Source: Azolla caroliniana
Lineage: Eukaryota > Plantae > Polypodiophyta
Assembly: GCA_043228905.1 (NCBI GenBank)
Contig: JBHGNT010000002.1
Location: 17,980,001 to 18,044,000, forward strand
Direction: 5' to 3'
DNA: 64,000 nucleotides
The notes beneath the pieces were generated by a model. The model made no database searches and was not told the DNA's origin. It saw nothing but the letters and a program-made list of their open reading frames with translations. The position numbers were made by a program, and so were the translations under genes. How positions within the stretch are numbered: position 1 is the first letter of the stretch; each line of letters begins with the position of its first letter. Positions 1-13,074 of the stretch are shown here, one piece after another.

Positions 1-1213
1 CATCGCGATAAACGACATCTTTTTTTGTCTCAGACCGACTATATCCGACGTGTCTTAGAACGCTTCAACATGCAATCAGCCAAATCTGCATCAACCCCGC
101 TCCCCATGAATCTTCGGCTCTCTCAGCGAGACTGCCCGACATCCGGTCCGGAGGGGGAAGATATGAAGTCGGTACCGTATGCACCGGCAGTCGGCTCCCT
201 TATGTACCTGATGGTCGCGACACGGCCTGATATTTCTCATGCCGTAGGAGTCGTTAGCAGATTTATGCACAATCCTGGCCGATCGCATTGGAACGCAGTC
301 AAGCATGTGTTCAGATATCTGGCTGGCACAAAAGACCACGGCATTCTTTTCGGTCCGAACCGAACCTCAGGCGTAGTCGGTTACACCGACTCGGACTTCG
401 CCGGCTGTATAGACAGTCGGAAATCAACAACCGGATACTGCTTCAAATTCGGCAATGGAGCAATTTCGTGGAAGTCGAAACTTCAGGAGTGCACAGCGAC
501 CTCAACGACCGAAGCAGAATATGTAGCTGCGTCCGACGCTGCAAAAGAAGCTTTGTGGCTCGGCCGGCTGGCGCACACGTTTCGACAAGTCGACCATGAC
601 TCGGCTCCAGTTGTCTATAGCGACAGTCAAGGTGCTGTTGCCTTGTCGAAAAATCCGGTTCACCACAACGCCTCCAAACATATCGACGTTCGATATCACT
701 TCGTTCGGGACTGCGTCATTTCAGGGAAAATCGGTCTAGAGAAAATATCCACAACCGACAATGTCGCAGATGGAATGACCAAGTGTCTTTCGGCAGACCG
801 TTTTCGGTCTCTTCGGCATCAGATGGGCGTAACGACAAACCAGTCCGGTTAGAGCCGGACACAGAGCAGGATGGTTCCCGACAACCGACATCAGTTCCTT
901 AATGATCGGCTTCAACTGTTCCGACCCGACCAGTTCGGTCTTCTGCCTTCGGACCCTGCCGACTCGAACAAAGCTGATACGTCCGAGAACCTAAGTCTAT
1001 ACCTGTAATCTTAGATAACCCATGTATACGCCCATTACGGGGGAGTGTCGAATACATGTGTATAATGGACGTATTCACACTATCCCTTTGGGCCATTTGT
1101 GTAATTAGCATAAAGGGTAGTTGCCCTAAGTCGGTCACTATATATAGTGACCTTGTAACCTTTTTGTAAGGTTGGGTGATTGTATTATTGCTTTGTGGAA
1201 TAGAAACTCTTTT

Positions 1214-1247
<34 letters not shown>

Positions 1248-1342
1248 ATCTCTGTGCAACGACCTAGAAACTGTCATACGCAGGTACAGAGAAACAATCG
1301 AATGCTTCTTAATCTTCCGCATAGACGACCTTGTCTCCAACA
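1..1342 (+). mobile_element. Ty1/Copia element, 3' part (RT C-terminus and RNase H, PPT, 3' LTR 1046-1342)
   Basis: ORF 25-852 has VGSLMY...RPDI, YTDSDFAG, SRKSTTGY, STTEAEY and KHIDVRYHFVRD motifs. PPT GGGGGAG precedes TGTCG at 1046 and the LTR ends CCAACA at about 1342, where a second Copia RT resumes. Confidence 0.9.
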
Positions 1343-2700
1343 GCATCTGTCGTCAGAAGCTTGATGTATCCGATGGTATGTACCCGGCCGGATATCGAAT
1401 ATGCAGTCGGAGTGGTGAGCCGGTTCATGAGAAATCCCGGAAAAGAACATTGTAACGCGGTCAAGTGGATACTCCGGTATCCGAAAGGCACCTCGAGTAT
1501 GTGCCTCCGGTTCGTCTCTAGTAATCCCCAATTTGACAAATTCACGGATTCGGATATGTCGGCTGATGCGGATACTAGCCGGTCTACATTCGGATATATC
1601 ATGAATTATGCAGGGGGAGCTATTTCGTGGCAGTTGAGGTTGTAGAAGACGGTTGCGTTGTCAACCACAGAGGCGGAGTACATGGCAACTATGGAAGCCG
1701 GCAAGGAGATAATCTGGATGAAGGACTTCATCAGAGAGCTAGGGATCCAACAGGAAGAATACCAGCTCTATTATGACAGTCAAAGTGTCATCCACCTTGC
1801 GAAGAATGCGGCCTACCATTCCCGGACCAAGTACATCCAGAGGAGATATCAGTGGCTCTAGGAGAAAGTAGAAGATCAAGACTTTGTGCTGACGAAGATC
1901 CACACGAAGGAGAACGGGTCGGATATGCTGACCAAGGTGTTGACAACCGATAAGTTGGACATGTGCCGAAAGTGGATCGGGGTGGCGAGACATCCCATGC
2001 CGGAGTGAAGGGGGAGATTGTTGGGAAATTGGTCCCTCCGGATGGGATCCGGTAATGAATGAAGAGGACCTAGTGAGAATTGGACGAGATCCGGAAGCCG
2101 GATCAGATGGACCTGGTGAGAACCGGAAGAGATCCGAAAACTAGATCGGATGGACCCGGTGAGAACCGGAAGACAAGACATATTTGTAAATATGTTTTGA
2201 GTAAGCCTATAGAGGCTATATTTGTAAATAGCCCTAAGTTCATATAAGTATAAATATGAGTTAGGGCAATCATTTTGATAGTGTTGTTGTCATATTGTTG
2301 TTGATATAACTGGTGTATAGCGAGTGAGGAGATATAGAGTGATACTCTATTGTAACTGCTAGTTGGCGAAGATATAGAGCTCGAGGTCGTTGCCTGCGAG
2401 TCTCTGATTGTATCTTTCCTATATATAGTGATAGCTTGGAGTTTGTGGGCTCCCATGGTTTTTATCATTGGGGTTTTCCACGTAAACATTCTGTGTACTC
2501 TCTACTTCCCATTTTTGTGTTTCATTCTCATTGAAGTGATTCAAGACTTGGTTGTGGCCAAGCAATATTCCACACTATTTCCTTCAGTTACCACCTATGC
2601 TCACGTTATGCTCCGGTCCCCACACGTTGTTTGGGGAATCGAGCTTATTTTGGCTTTGATTGCGCTTGTTGGGGAATGGAAATCGGTGATTTTTCCCTAG
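1343..2700 (+). mobile_element. Degenerate Ty1/Copia element (RT/RNase H remnant and 3' LTR from 2019), host of the previous element
   Basis: SLMYPMVCTRPDI, FTDSDMSAD and STTEAEY fragments with stops. PPT GAAGGGGGAGAT precedes TGTTGGGAAA at 2019. The right LTR end is approximate. Confidence 0.8.
2040..2175. repeat. About 44-bp tandem repeats in the LTR U3 region
   Basis: GATCCG...GATGGACC(T/C)GGTGAGAACCGGAAGA repeated 2-3 times. Confidence 0.7.
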
Positions 2701-4324
2701 CTGGTAAGCTTCACAGACTTAGCGCTTTGAGACATTGAATTTCAGCAAGCCGAAAACAATGTTCTTCATTTGCATTTCTTGAAGTTGTGGGAAGTTGACA
2801 TGGTCGATCCACTTGTGCTACAGTTCAATGTACGACTCAACCTTTTTCCATTTGGCGAACATAATGATGCCAACATCATTAGTCTCGAGGATAAACATCC
2901 TCTCTCTTCCTTGCGCAATGATCTAGCCTTCTTTCTCAATGAAGCATCCAAGGTGAGTGAATCGAACTTGCATTCCTTGATCGACGATTTTTCCAACCGA
3001 CACCAGGTTCTTGGTAATCGTTCCTTGATGTGCAAGACGTTCCTCATGATTCCTCTCTGGACGACATGGTTGTCTCAAGTCTGAAAACCATTCTTGGTGA
3101 GACGTCATGTGGTTCGAGGCACCCGAGTTGACAAACCAAACGTCTTCAACGTTGGATGTATTGGTCGGTTTGGAGGCCTTCATGGAGTTTGCTCTATGGC
3201 GCATCACAAACATTCCATGATGATCATCATAGTTAGAATTTGAAGCGAAGTTGGTAAGTTGTCAGCTCATGAAGGCCGACTCTCTCTTCTTCTTCCAACA
3301 CTCTGCCTCATTGTGGCTGAAATTGCCACAATATCTACACTGGATGGAGTTGTTTTCTCGGCTTGCTCTGGCATGATGACTATCCCTTCTGCCAGACGCT
3401 CCTCCTCGCGTGTTTGCTACATCTTGCCGGTAGTAGAAGTTGTGCTCATGGGACAGTCCTTGATTATTTCAACCTTGGCTGAATCGACCCCTTCTTCCAT
3501 GATCGTACCCTCTTCCTCCCTCCGAGTTTGAGTAGATCATTTGACATTCCAATGTATTGCCCCTCGTTCGGATGTGATTTTCTTCGACCAGTAGCATCTA
3601 CTAGAGACCAAAAAAGGAGGGAGGATTCTCCCTTGCAAGGAAAGTCGTCCTTGTTGCGTCGAAATGGGGTGTTAGGCCTCCGAGACATATTTGCACCATC
3701 TCGTTGTTGTCAATGTTGATATTGATCGAGCCGAGGGAGTCGTTGAGCTCCTTGATCTTCAAGGTGTAGCTCATGATCGACACTTTGTTGAATATTATTC
3801 AACTCTTGGTGGAGTTGAAGTTTCCGTGCAATCGTGTTGGCCGTGAAGATCTTTTTGAGGTTCCCCCACACCTCCTTTGGCTTTTTTGCCTCTTGGATAT
3901 AGCCGAGCATGTGATCATGAACGCATGATGCCATGCAGTACAACACACGACTTGCCGCTTGCTCCCATGTTGGGTAGTCGAGGTGTGTTGGGTTGGGTTG
4001 AGATTCTTGTGTTCCTTCAATATAACTCCAATAACATTGGATAATAAGGTATTGTTGCATCTTGTATTCCTAGGATGCAAAGTTATTTCTGTCAAGCTTT
4101 TCATTGGTAAGAGAGTTGCCCATCTAAATAGTCATGATGGTCGACTAGTTGGAGTTGTTATTCTCCTTCTTCTCTGTGATACGAATTGTGTAGAGTTGCT
4201 ACTACAGCGATCGGTTGGTTCTTCGTGAACGTTGGCGTATACACAACACATGTGGATGGGCTTGGATTAAGCTACCAATCACTCTGATACCATGTAAAGA
4301 ATTGACTGTGATTTTGTGTAACGG

Positions 4325-4361
<37 letters not shown>

Positions 4362-4482
4362 GTGCATACTCTGTGTAACCTCCCTCTCCATCTTTGTGCT
4401 TTGTGGGTTCGTTTTTGTGGTTATCTATTCGGCTAGGCCAACTCTGTTTTACGACTTCCGCAAATCTTTACAAAATGTAACA
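2701..4482 (-). mobile_element. Degenerate Ty1/Copia element, 5' part (LTR remnant, PBS, gag, protease, pre-integrase)
   Basis: Met-i PBS TGGTATCAGAG on minus at 4282-4292. Gag WEQAASRVLYC...ARKLQL and protease WFVNSGASNHMT are present with many stops and frameshifts. The LTR limit is uncertain. Confidence 0.8.
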
Positions 4483-4732
4483 CAGATCCTACTAAATCAA
4501 GATACTTATCTTCAATTGCAAATAAAAAATCACATTCCTTATCAAATAAATTTTTCCATCATATATATATGTCTTATGAGGAGACGATGCCCCTCACACA
4601 TTCCATGATACCAATTTCATTTAATACTTTTAGTAAGAACTTGTTCTTTATGAGCAAGTGCATTCATAAATGTACTAACTGCTTGCTCAAGAGTTGCATA
4701 AGGATTTGTGTGTATTGCATCCCTTCCACCAA

Positions 4733-5270
4733 TCATAGAGTTTTGTTCTCTAGTCCCATGAGTATGAAGTCCTTGATTAAATTGAGATCGCACCACCCTT
4801 CTTGAATAATCGAATTGTAACTAGTTAGACAATCTCTAATCCACACTTGTTTCTGCCAAGGATATTTCATAAAGCCCTCTTTCTTTCTTGAATTATCTTT
4901 AGGTAGTGCCTTACCATTAGTATTTTTTGTGTCCCTTTGCATGGAAACACCCTTACCATTTATCTTATGTTTCACTTTATCCCACTCTTGATCTTCAACA
5001 TCTGGTTCTACATTAGTACATACTCCATTATCCTCCCCAACACCTCTGGCATGACCATGAACTTTAGAATCTTGCTTTAACCCATGAGATGTTTGGACCT
5101 CATCCATGACCATATTAACCGTTGATATGACAATGTTCTTCTCAACATCTTCCTCTCTTTTTTCTTTGACATAATTTTCCATGGATGGTTCACCATCATA
5201 TTGGCATTCAACCATACAATGCCCCAATTGACGACATTTAAAACAATGTCCTACGAAAGTTTCCCATTGA
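4733..5270 (-). mobile_element. LINE (L1-type) ORF1 remnant with CCHC zinc knuckle
   Basis: Minus-strand translation WETFVGHCFKCRQLGHCMVEC (CX2CX4HX4C) followed by a charged low-complexity tail, as in plant L1 ORF1. Confidence 0.5.
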
Positions 5271-5485
5271 AGCTTAAAACGAAATCAACCAAATTGAAAT
5301 GTATCTATACTCAACCATCCTGGAAGTTTACAAATCATGTCCCCATAACATGCAAAATCTACATTTGCTAAAACCTTGTTAATTTGAGACATCAATTTTG
5401 GAGTGATTCCCAAATGAATAAGTTACTGCAATCAACAAAAACCCAAATTGGACATTGTTTTTTCAATAAACCAAAATTTCCATAT

Positions 5486-5529
<44 letters not shown>

Positions 5530-8361
5530 AACCCTAACTTTAGGGATACTTATGAAAATGCCCTAGGTTTAAAAACTCGAGCTTTCATGATCTAAAATGT
5601 TACTATTGCATAGGGATATTCTCATCACTTTTTGGAACTTTCACCATACTTAGGTGAATATCTAAAAACATAGGCCACCTAGTCGTTTTTTTATTTGTCT
5701 TTGACACCATATATTGTCTCATGAGTTGATATTTCCAGGATTGTCACTTTGTTGTAGTTCTTACTCGAAATCTACTTTTTAACGTCTTTATTTTTTGTAT
5801 TGAATAGTGATTGAATTTCGAAAGATGTAAAGTATTGCCAAAAAATTGGTGCGTGATTTTCTATTGGGATTTTTTCCTTTTTAATCTTTTTTTGTGATAT
5901 TTTGAAAACATAATATTACTAAAAATTTAGTGAGTCATAACAAAGTACAAATATTAGTCATAGAGTTGTAGAAAGAGTAGTACAAGAACATCATTATATC
6001 ATTGTTCTCCCACATGATTGGACAAAAGGTTACTCGGTGCAAGTGATTTACCATGTTTATTCACATGCTAAAGCATCCCATTGCAAAGGGAAGTGTTTAA
6101 ATTCAAAAAGTTGTGAGGTTGATAATGTTGTGATATGTGTCATGGACACCTTAGGTGCTCACTCTGTCAACATTGTCAACATCACCTCACATTTATCTTC
6201 TCTAGCTTTGATTTATATTCATCAATGCTTGCTCACTTTGCCACATCATCATCTTGACATCCTAATCTCTTCAGGATTTTCCAACAGGTGTGGTAGACAG
6301 TAGACCCATTGATCTTGTCTCGTGTATAAACCCAAAACTATTTAACCCCATCATTAATCTGTTATTTTCCTTGATAATCTTGATTCGAGATAACAATGTG
6401 TTCTCAAACATTACATTTAAATAACAATCAGTTGTAAAGTGTAGTATTGTCTTTCGAAAATATTAAATTTAATCATTAGGATGGTGTGAGCTTCCACAAA
6501 GGACCTGTAAAAACAAAAAACTACATTTAATGTAATCAAACTGCCACTTTGTCCCCATAAACAAAGAATTAAAGCAATCCCCTTCATAATTGTTGTCATT
6601 TAGTGAAAACGAAAAATGTGTCGTACACAAGATAACAGATGGAAATCTGGTTTTAAAATTTTCCATGTCATAGGATAAATGAAGATCAATTGCAAAATTC
6701 ACATCACACTTTGTGAATTCTTAGACAATGCCATTTTCTAGACAACCTTGTCTCAAGCAAATAAAAGCAAAGAAAACTTTTTCAAAAGCTACAATCCATG
6801 AAAACAGCATAAAGAGGTGTGTCAACACCTATGGGCATGAGCACAACATTGACAATCCCAAGATGCCCACATAAACCTTTAAATATAAGAAGATAACATA
6901 ATAGCTTTAGGTTCCATATATGTACGAGAGCCATAGTTTGGTGAATGTGTCAATCTATGCTTGCAGCAAATAGGTGAAGTACACACTTTTCTTCACAATC
7001 AGTTTTATATATAAATGGCAAGGAATGAGGAATGTGCACGTTGCAATTACATATGGAAAGAATGTCAAATTAATTGGATAAGGGTTGCAATTTCACATTA
7101 GAGTTGGGAGAACAATAATGATGTTTCAAATATAGCTCTGATGCACCACAGGAAAAAACTCCAAATGTTCTCGCTAATTTGCATGGCTAAGAAATCACTA
7201 CATACTCACAGGAAAAAGAGTCGCAACAAAACAAACATTGGAAAACATTATGTAAACATTGGAAATTATTATGTAAAGTTATCCTTCACAAGAATCCCAA
7301 GCATTGATAATTTCGAAGAATACTACCCCCACAACTCATTTGCTGAATAGTGAAGCTAAAGTTTTGATACAAAGGACAAGGCTTTCATATGATGGCTTCC
7401 ATTGGATCCAAAACAACTCAGAAAAATGTAAAATGAGTAATGTTGAAATTCCAAAATTTTGGAAGACAGGCTTTTCATCATGAACAATAAAATGGTTCAT
7501 AAAGTCCTGACAAAAGCATTAAATCATTTAATATTGGTGTGAAGTAAAAACATTGATCGAATAGACCAAAGGGAGATCCTCTCTGTTCCTTGCATAGTAG
7601 GAAGAACTTTGGTAGATGAAATTACATTACAATCTGAGAGAATGCCATAAATCCAACAATTTTAAAGTTCAAAATGCGAATGTTTATAAACCTAGAGAAG
7701 AAAAAAGAAAAAAATATACATTTATGGCAATCAACCAGAGATAAAATCCAATCCAATCTAAGTGAAATTCCTAAGAGTCAGTTACAAAGTCTTCCAAGTT
7801 AGTATTCTGGTGGGCTATCAAAGTTCCTTTCATGTTCTGATCCACCAATCCTGTTCAGCACATAAACACAATAAGAAAATATCTCTAACAATGTATATAC
7901 ATGAAGATAGAGAGACAGAGATATGCATCACTTATTGCAACCCTAAATATATCCTTGTTTAGCACATGAATAAAACTATCTATATGCTTTGATGAGAAAC
8001 CTGTCATGGTGTAGTGATTCATCGAGGTAAAATAAATGTGCACATTAATAATGATGCATCTTGCAAAGAATGTATGCATTATCTAGATAGCTCAAGGAGT
8101 TTCTAAAACATTCTATAGTTCTCGGTGTTACCAAAACATGTTCTGTAGAGAACATTCTCAGTGTTCCCTAAAAGATTGTTGTCTTGGTGTCTCTAGTCTT
8201 TAAAACATTTCTAGAATGTCATAGAAACTCCTCAAGAACTCCAAGCTATTCCAAACTATGATAATGTAACATGATAACATTGTCATAAAGTGCATTGCAG
8301 CATTAAAATGCATTATCAAACAAAGAAAATAGCAGCATTGATGAAAGTAAGATGATCCTGC

Positions 8362-9210
8362 TTACTGTTTCCTTGCCGAGGTGTGCTTGTTATTGTGCAT
8401 CCACACTTTGAAGACATTTCTCTTCACACCGACATCATTGCAAAACTCAAGCAAGGAAGCTTCATCATGTTTCGATATCCTCCACCCCAGAGTTTCAGCA
8501 AAGTTCGACATCCTCTCCTTCTGATCGGCAGTGAACTTGGTGCGAAACCTCTTCTTTTTTGAGAACAAAGGCCGAGGGTGTTCTGGTGGCTCGTCGTCGT
8601 CGTCGTCGTCATCGTCATCATCTTCATACTGTTGTTCATCGAATTGAGCAAGTGGCATGATCATCTGAGCATGTGGTGAAATATCAGCTGAAGAAATCTG
8701 TTGATGATGACCCTTGGCTTCACGAACACGAGGGCTCAATGGGCGAAGTGATGGTGTAAGAGTATAAGTACCTAGGTTTCCTGGATCTTTCCCAATTCCT
8801 CCACAAGTGCAAGTATATTCTCCATCTGGACCCACAAACTCTCGACGATGAAAATTGCGATGGCATGAGCACACAGCACAAATTAAGGCTTCAAGTGTGC
8901 CTTCTTTCCCACTTGGTAAAAACTCTCCACATCCATCGATGGCATGGCCACCTATGTTTGCCACATGATTCTTTTGGCATTCTCGATAACGAACATGATG
9001 TTTCCTTTGTTGTTGTTGCGTGGTTTTTTGTTTATTAGAAGAGTCTTCATTCAAATGGCCACCATTATGATTAGCATGATGAGACCTAGCAAATCTAAAC
9101 ATAACTTCGGGGCTTCCTTCTCTCGGAGAAGATGCAGAAGAACCTCCTCCTCCACCATTCACAGACCCATGTTGTCCATTGGAAAACTTCGGATTACCAT
9201 CTTGATCCAT
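8362..9210 (-). CDS. Zinc finger-homeodomain (ZF-HD/ZHD) transcription factor, 282 aa, intronless
   Basis: ZF-HD dimerisation domain VRYRECQKNH..GGHAIDGCGEF..LICAVCSCHRNFHRRE and C-terminal homeodomain KKRFRTKFT..QKERM..FAETLGWRI..FC..VGV.RNVFKVWMHNNK. Confidence 0.97.
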   Translation of the reverse strand: MDQDGNPKFSNGQHGSVNGGGGGSSASSPREGSPEVMFRFARSHHANHNGGHLNEDSSNKQKTTQQQQRKHHVRYRECQKNHVANIGGHAIDGCGEFLPSGKEGTLEALICAVCSCHRNFHRREFVGPDGEYTCTCGGIGKDPGNLGTYTLTPSLRPLSPRVREAKGHHQQISSADISPHAQMIMPLAQFDEQQYEDDDDDDDDDDEPPEHPRPLFSKKKRFRTKFTADQKERMSNFAETLGWRISKHDEASLLEFCNDVGVKRNVFKVWMHNNKHTSARKQ

Positions 9211-9368
9211 GGAAAAGAAGTGTTCATAGAGAGTACTTCCTCCACACTATCAACATTCTCCTTCTACTTCCTTCTTCTTCCTCTCCTACAAACTTCTTTC
9301 CTATGTTTTTCGTGTGTTTCAACACTTTTATACCACTGTTTCACCACTTTAATACCTCTGTTCCACCA

Positions 9369-9468
9369 NNNNNNNNNNNNNNNNNNNNNNNNNNNNNNNN
9401 NNNNNNNNNNNNNNNNNNNNNNNNNNNNNNNNNNNNNNNNNNNNNNNNNNNNNNNNNNNNNNNNNNNN
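9369..9468. other. Assembly gap (100 N) in the ZF-HD 5' flank
   Basis: Run of N. Confidence 0.99.
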
Positions 9469-12400
9469 AGGATAGCAAAATTAGGGTTTACCTTCTGACA
9501 GAGGAGAAGGACTTGCAGATCCCAACCACATTTAACTATGATTTACACTTGCTTTACCTGGGGCTGTATTTGGGTCATGGTCCACAATTCTCTATCTAAA
9601 ACAATCCTCCTTCTCTCGGTCTCTCGGTCAGTCTCTCTCTCTCTCTCTCTTGTAAACTTCGCGATCGATCCAAGCCCACAAGATTGTCATGGATCCCATC
9701 AGTGAGAAACTTCCTCACCATGGCTCGAGCTCCATTCATATTTACCTCCTCCAACTCACGTGGATTTCATTAGTGTTGGGTGTAAGGCCTATGCCTCAGC
9801 CCTCGGCGTATAATTTTTTCACATGTTCTCGTTTGGAATTTCGGCACACATATTTTTCACTTTTATAGTGACTTAGGCTCACCCATTTATTAGTGTTTGT
9901 GTCTAGGCTTGCCTTGGCCCTCGGTGTACAAATTTTCACATGATGATAAACTCTAAACCACTATGGACCAATGAGAGACGTTTGGTTTGGGTTTGGCCAC
10001 AACACACAGAGTTTGTCCAATGTCTTTTGCTCATGATGGGCCAATGCAAGACCTTTTGCGAACAAATAGGGGAGAAACCTTTTCATAAATGTCCACCATG
10101 GCTAATTTGCTCACATTTCTGTGGACTATGGACTTCAAATGATAAGTGTAATGGATAAAGTACGTATTTTTTGACGTGGTCACAGACAACTTCTCACACA
10201 TTATTTGACTAGGTTAGACAATGTTTACCTTTTCAATGCATGTAGTTTGAAACCTTCACCTAGGCATGATCAAACATTGCCAGTCATATGACTCTTCTTC
10301 TTCCCCTTCTCTCCGTTAACATTGTTTAATTAAGCCAATGGTATGCGCTTCTTCTTCCCTTACTCTCTTTTAACATTATTTTGTTAAGGAAATGACATTG
10401 CTTTTAGTGCTTGGATTCTGGAAAGTAACTTTAAAGCCCTTTTTTGAAGGACAAACAGCGAGTGTTTATGATTGCAAACTAAAACTATAATGAGCGCACA
10501 CTATTCAAGGCTAGAACCCACATCCCTCAAATCTCAAATCTCAAAGCACAAGCTTCAATGCTACACACCACCATGATTGTAATTTCAATGATCTATTGCT
10601 AGATATTATGTTAACTCTCTTATTTGATATTTATAGAAAGTGCACATTGTGCTTTATCGTGTAATATTTTATTATGTTAATGATATATATTATGGCATTT
10701 GTTTATCACTTTGACATCCTCAAAATATTACCAATTTCTTAGGCAAGCTCAAACAATATATAATTTTATCACATGGAAGGCACAATATATATAAGGAAAT
10801 AGATTTAAGGACATACAATGCACAATGTTTTCATGCACTCCCATTTGTGCAACAAAATATTAATGTTGCAACCCAAAATTTCTTTGGATTTATAAGTAGT
10901 TATTAAGTTTTATTTGTATAGAATCAACTATCCTATGCATTTTGGTTCCCCTTTTGAAAGACTTAATTCTCACTTGCTATGGATCTACAATCTCTAGAGA
11001 AATCTCGTCATGCAAGTTCCATTTATAAAGAAAATAATTGATCTAATCATTGATTGCGTACAAGTTGAACTAATCATCGATCGTGTGCAAGCTATCGTGG
11101 TGTTGGAAATAGTTGATAAACCATGAACATGCCCAAGCCATATGTAAAAATCCTTCAAAGTTTTTATCCTTTATGATTGAAAGTTTGAAGAGTTCATCCA
11201 ATGCAAAGTTTAGCTCACAAACTTTATGATATTTTTCCCACACACAAATTAAGGGATTGTACATTAGTGTCATAGTTCTATATTCATGCAAAGATTTAGT
11301 GTTTGTGAATGGGAACTCTAAATCAAGACCCAATTAAAAAACTCGTTTTTATGAAGGTTACATGAATATATCATACCCGTTTCTATTCAATCTTTAAATA
11401 TGCCCTTTTGTGTGAAGAATGTGTAAAAATGGGTTTAAATAAAAGCTTGGGTTTAGGTCCCATGATAGTCCCCCGCCCCAACCCTTAAGAGCCAGTGGAA
11501 GCAATTGACAATTGGGAATGATTTAGAATGTTGCCCAACTATTAAGGAGAATTCCATGCAATATGGATGGTGATCCAAAACAACTTGTGCATTTGCTTTG
11601 GTTAATTGGGTTTGGGTATCATATGGCATTTCTAGATTGTACATTTGTTGTGGCCAATAATTTATGTGGCACATCAATATGAAATTTCATCATGGCACAT
11701 AGTCTAAACCTAGCCTAGTCATACAGAATATTTGTGACTTTCAACCATGTGGTTTTATTAGCTTATTCACACCACATCCTGTAGAGAGCCAATGATTTCC
11801 CATTTGAATTTGGAAACTCGAGGAAAAGTACAATGGAATACCTATGGAATCTTGGAAAATTTTATGATATTTTGCCATTATATAAATAAGATAAAAGGAC
11901 CAATAACATATCAGGGTCAATTTATTTATTTAGATCCAAATGTGTATAGTACAAACTTCAAAGAATACATTGGCAAGCTAGAAAAAATATGTCGGAAAAG
12001 AACACAGAAAATATAGTTCATTATTTAGAAAACGGAGCGTTGGAAACACAATCAATAACGATATAGAACATGTACTTTTATGTCATTTGCACCTTTATGC
12101 ACATACATATAAAGCTACAATATCATGGTTGTATCATGCCTCATAGATATTCTCATCATGTTACACTAGAGTAAGAACATGTTGCATTCTTCATACACAT
12201 GTGACATAGTAGGCAATTCACTTCATTTTCATCAAAATTTGGGTTAATAATATCATTAATATACTAGCCATAATTAATGCAGGAACAATTTATTTATGAT
12301 AGGCTTTGGACATGCATACTTTAGTCTTTAATTCTTAAGTTATCCAACTTTAACATATTTTTCATATTTCATCAAGGATAGAGTTCTTGATGATGGGAAT

Positions 12401-13074
12401 GTGGAGATGTCAATGATTTAGTTCTTGATGATGTCAATATTTTCTAAAATAGTAAAATTCACTTTCTCAGTTGTTTGATGAGAATGTAGGTTTTCGTGCG
12501 TGTGCATATAAAATTTAATTAGGTACATATAAGTATTTTTTACTATATGTGAATATTAGTTTGTGTAAGTATGGGCGAATTTGTATTTTCGTAAGTGCAT
12601 TCATGTGAAAAGAGGTAGGTTTGTTTATATGAAAGTAAGCATATGTGTTTGTGTTCAAATAAGTTTTGATTTTTTATAGGAATATATTTGTAAATATTTA
12701 TATGTGTAGGTTTATAATAGTAATTTTTTATTGTTGAGAATCAAACTCAACTCCCCTATGGCGTGAACACATCCTAAAACTACAAGTGTGTGGACACAAC
12801 ACCTCCACTATATAACATAACTAATGTGTCATAAAAGTTATATTCTATGACACATAGTTAATGAGTCTTGTAATATAACTAATGTGTCATAGAAATACAC
12901 TCTATGACACAGTTAATAAGATTCCCCACTCCCCAAGATTCTAGAAATTGAGTGAGTGTTTTAGTGAGAGGGTGAGCTTATATAAAGCACCCTCCTCTTG
13001 CCTTGTAGTTGTCGGTTAATCTCCCTTGTAGTAGTTGTTATTTCTGTGAGTTATTATCTACTTCTTGTTAATAT

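Noticed and set aside
6000-7750. Possible very old hAT transposase relic (ENIWS, LDP-like fragments on minus)
   Set aside because: Too degraded to support without a profile search.
8944-9599. Plus-strand ORFs spanning the N gap
   Set aside because: They are antisense to ZF-HD and artificially extended through Ns.
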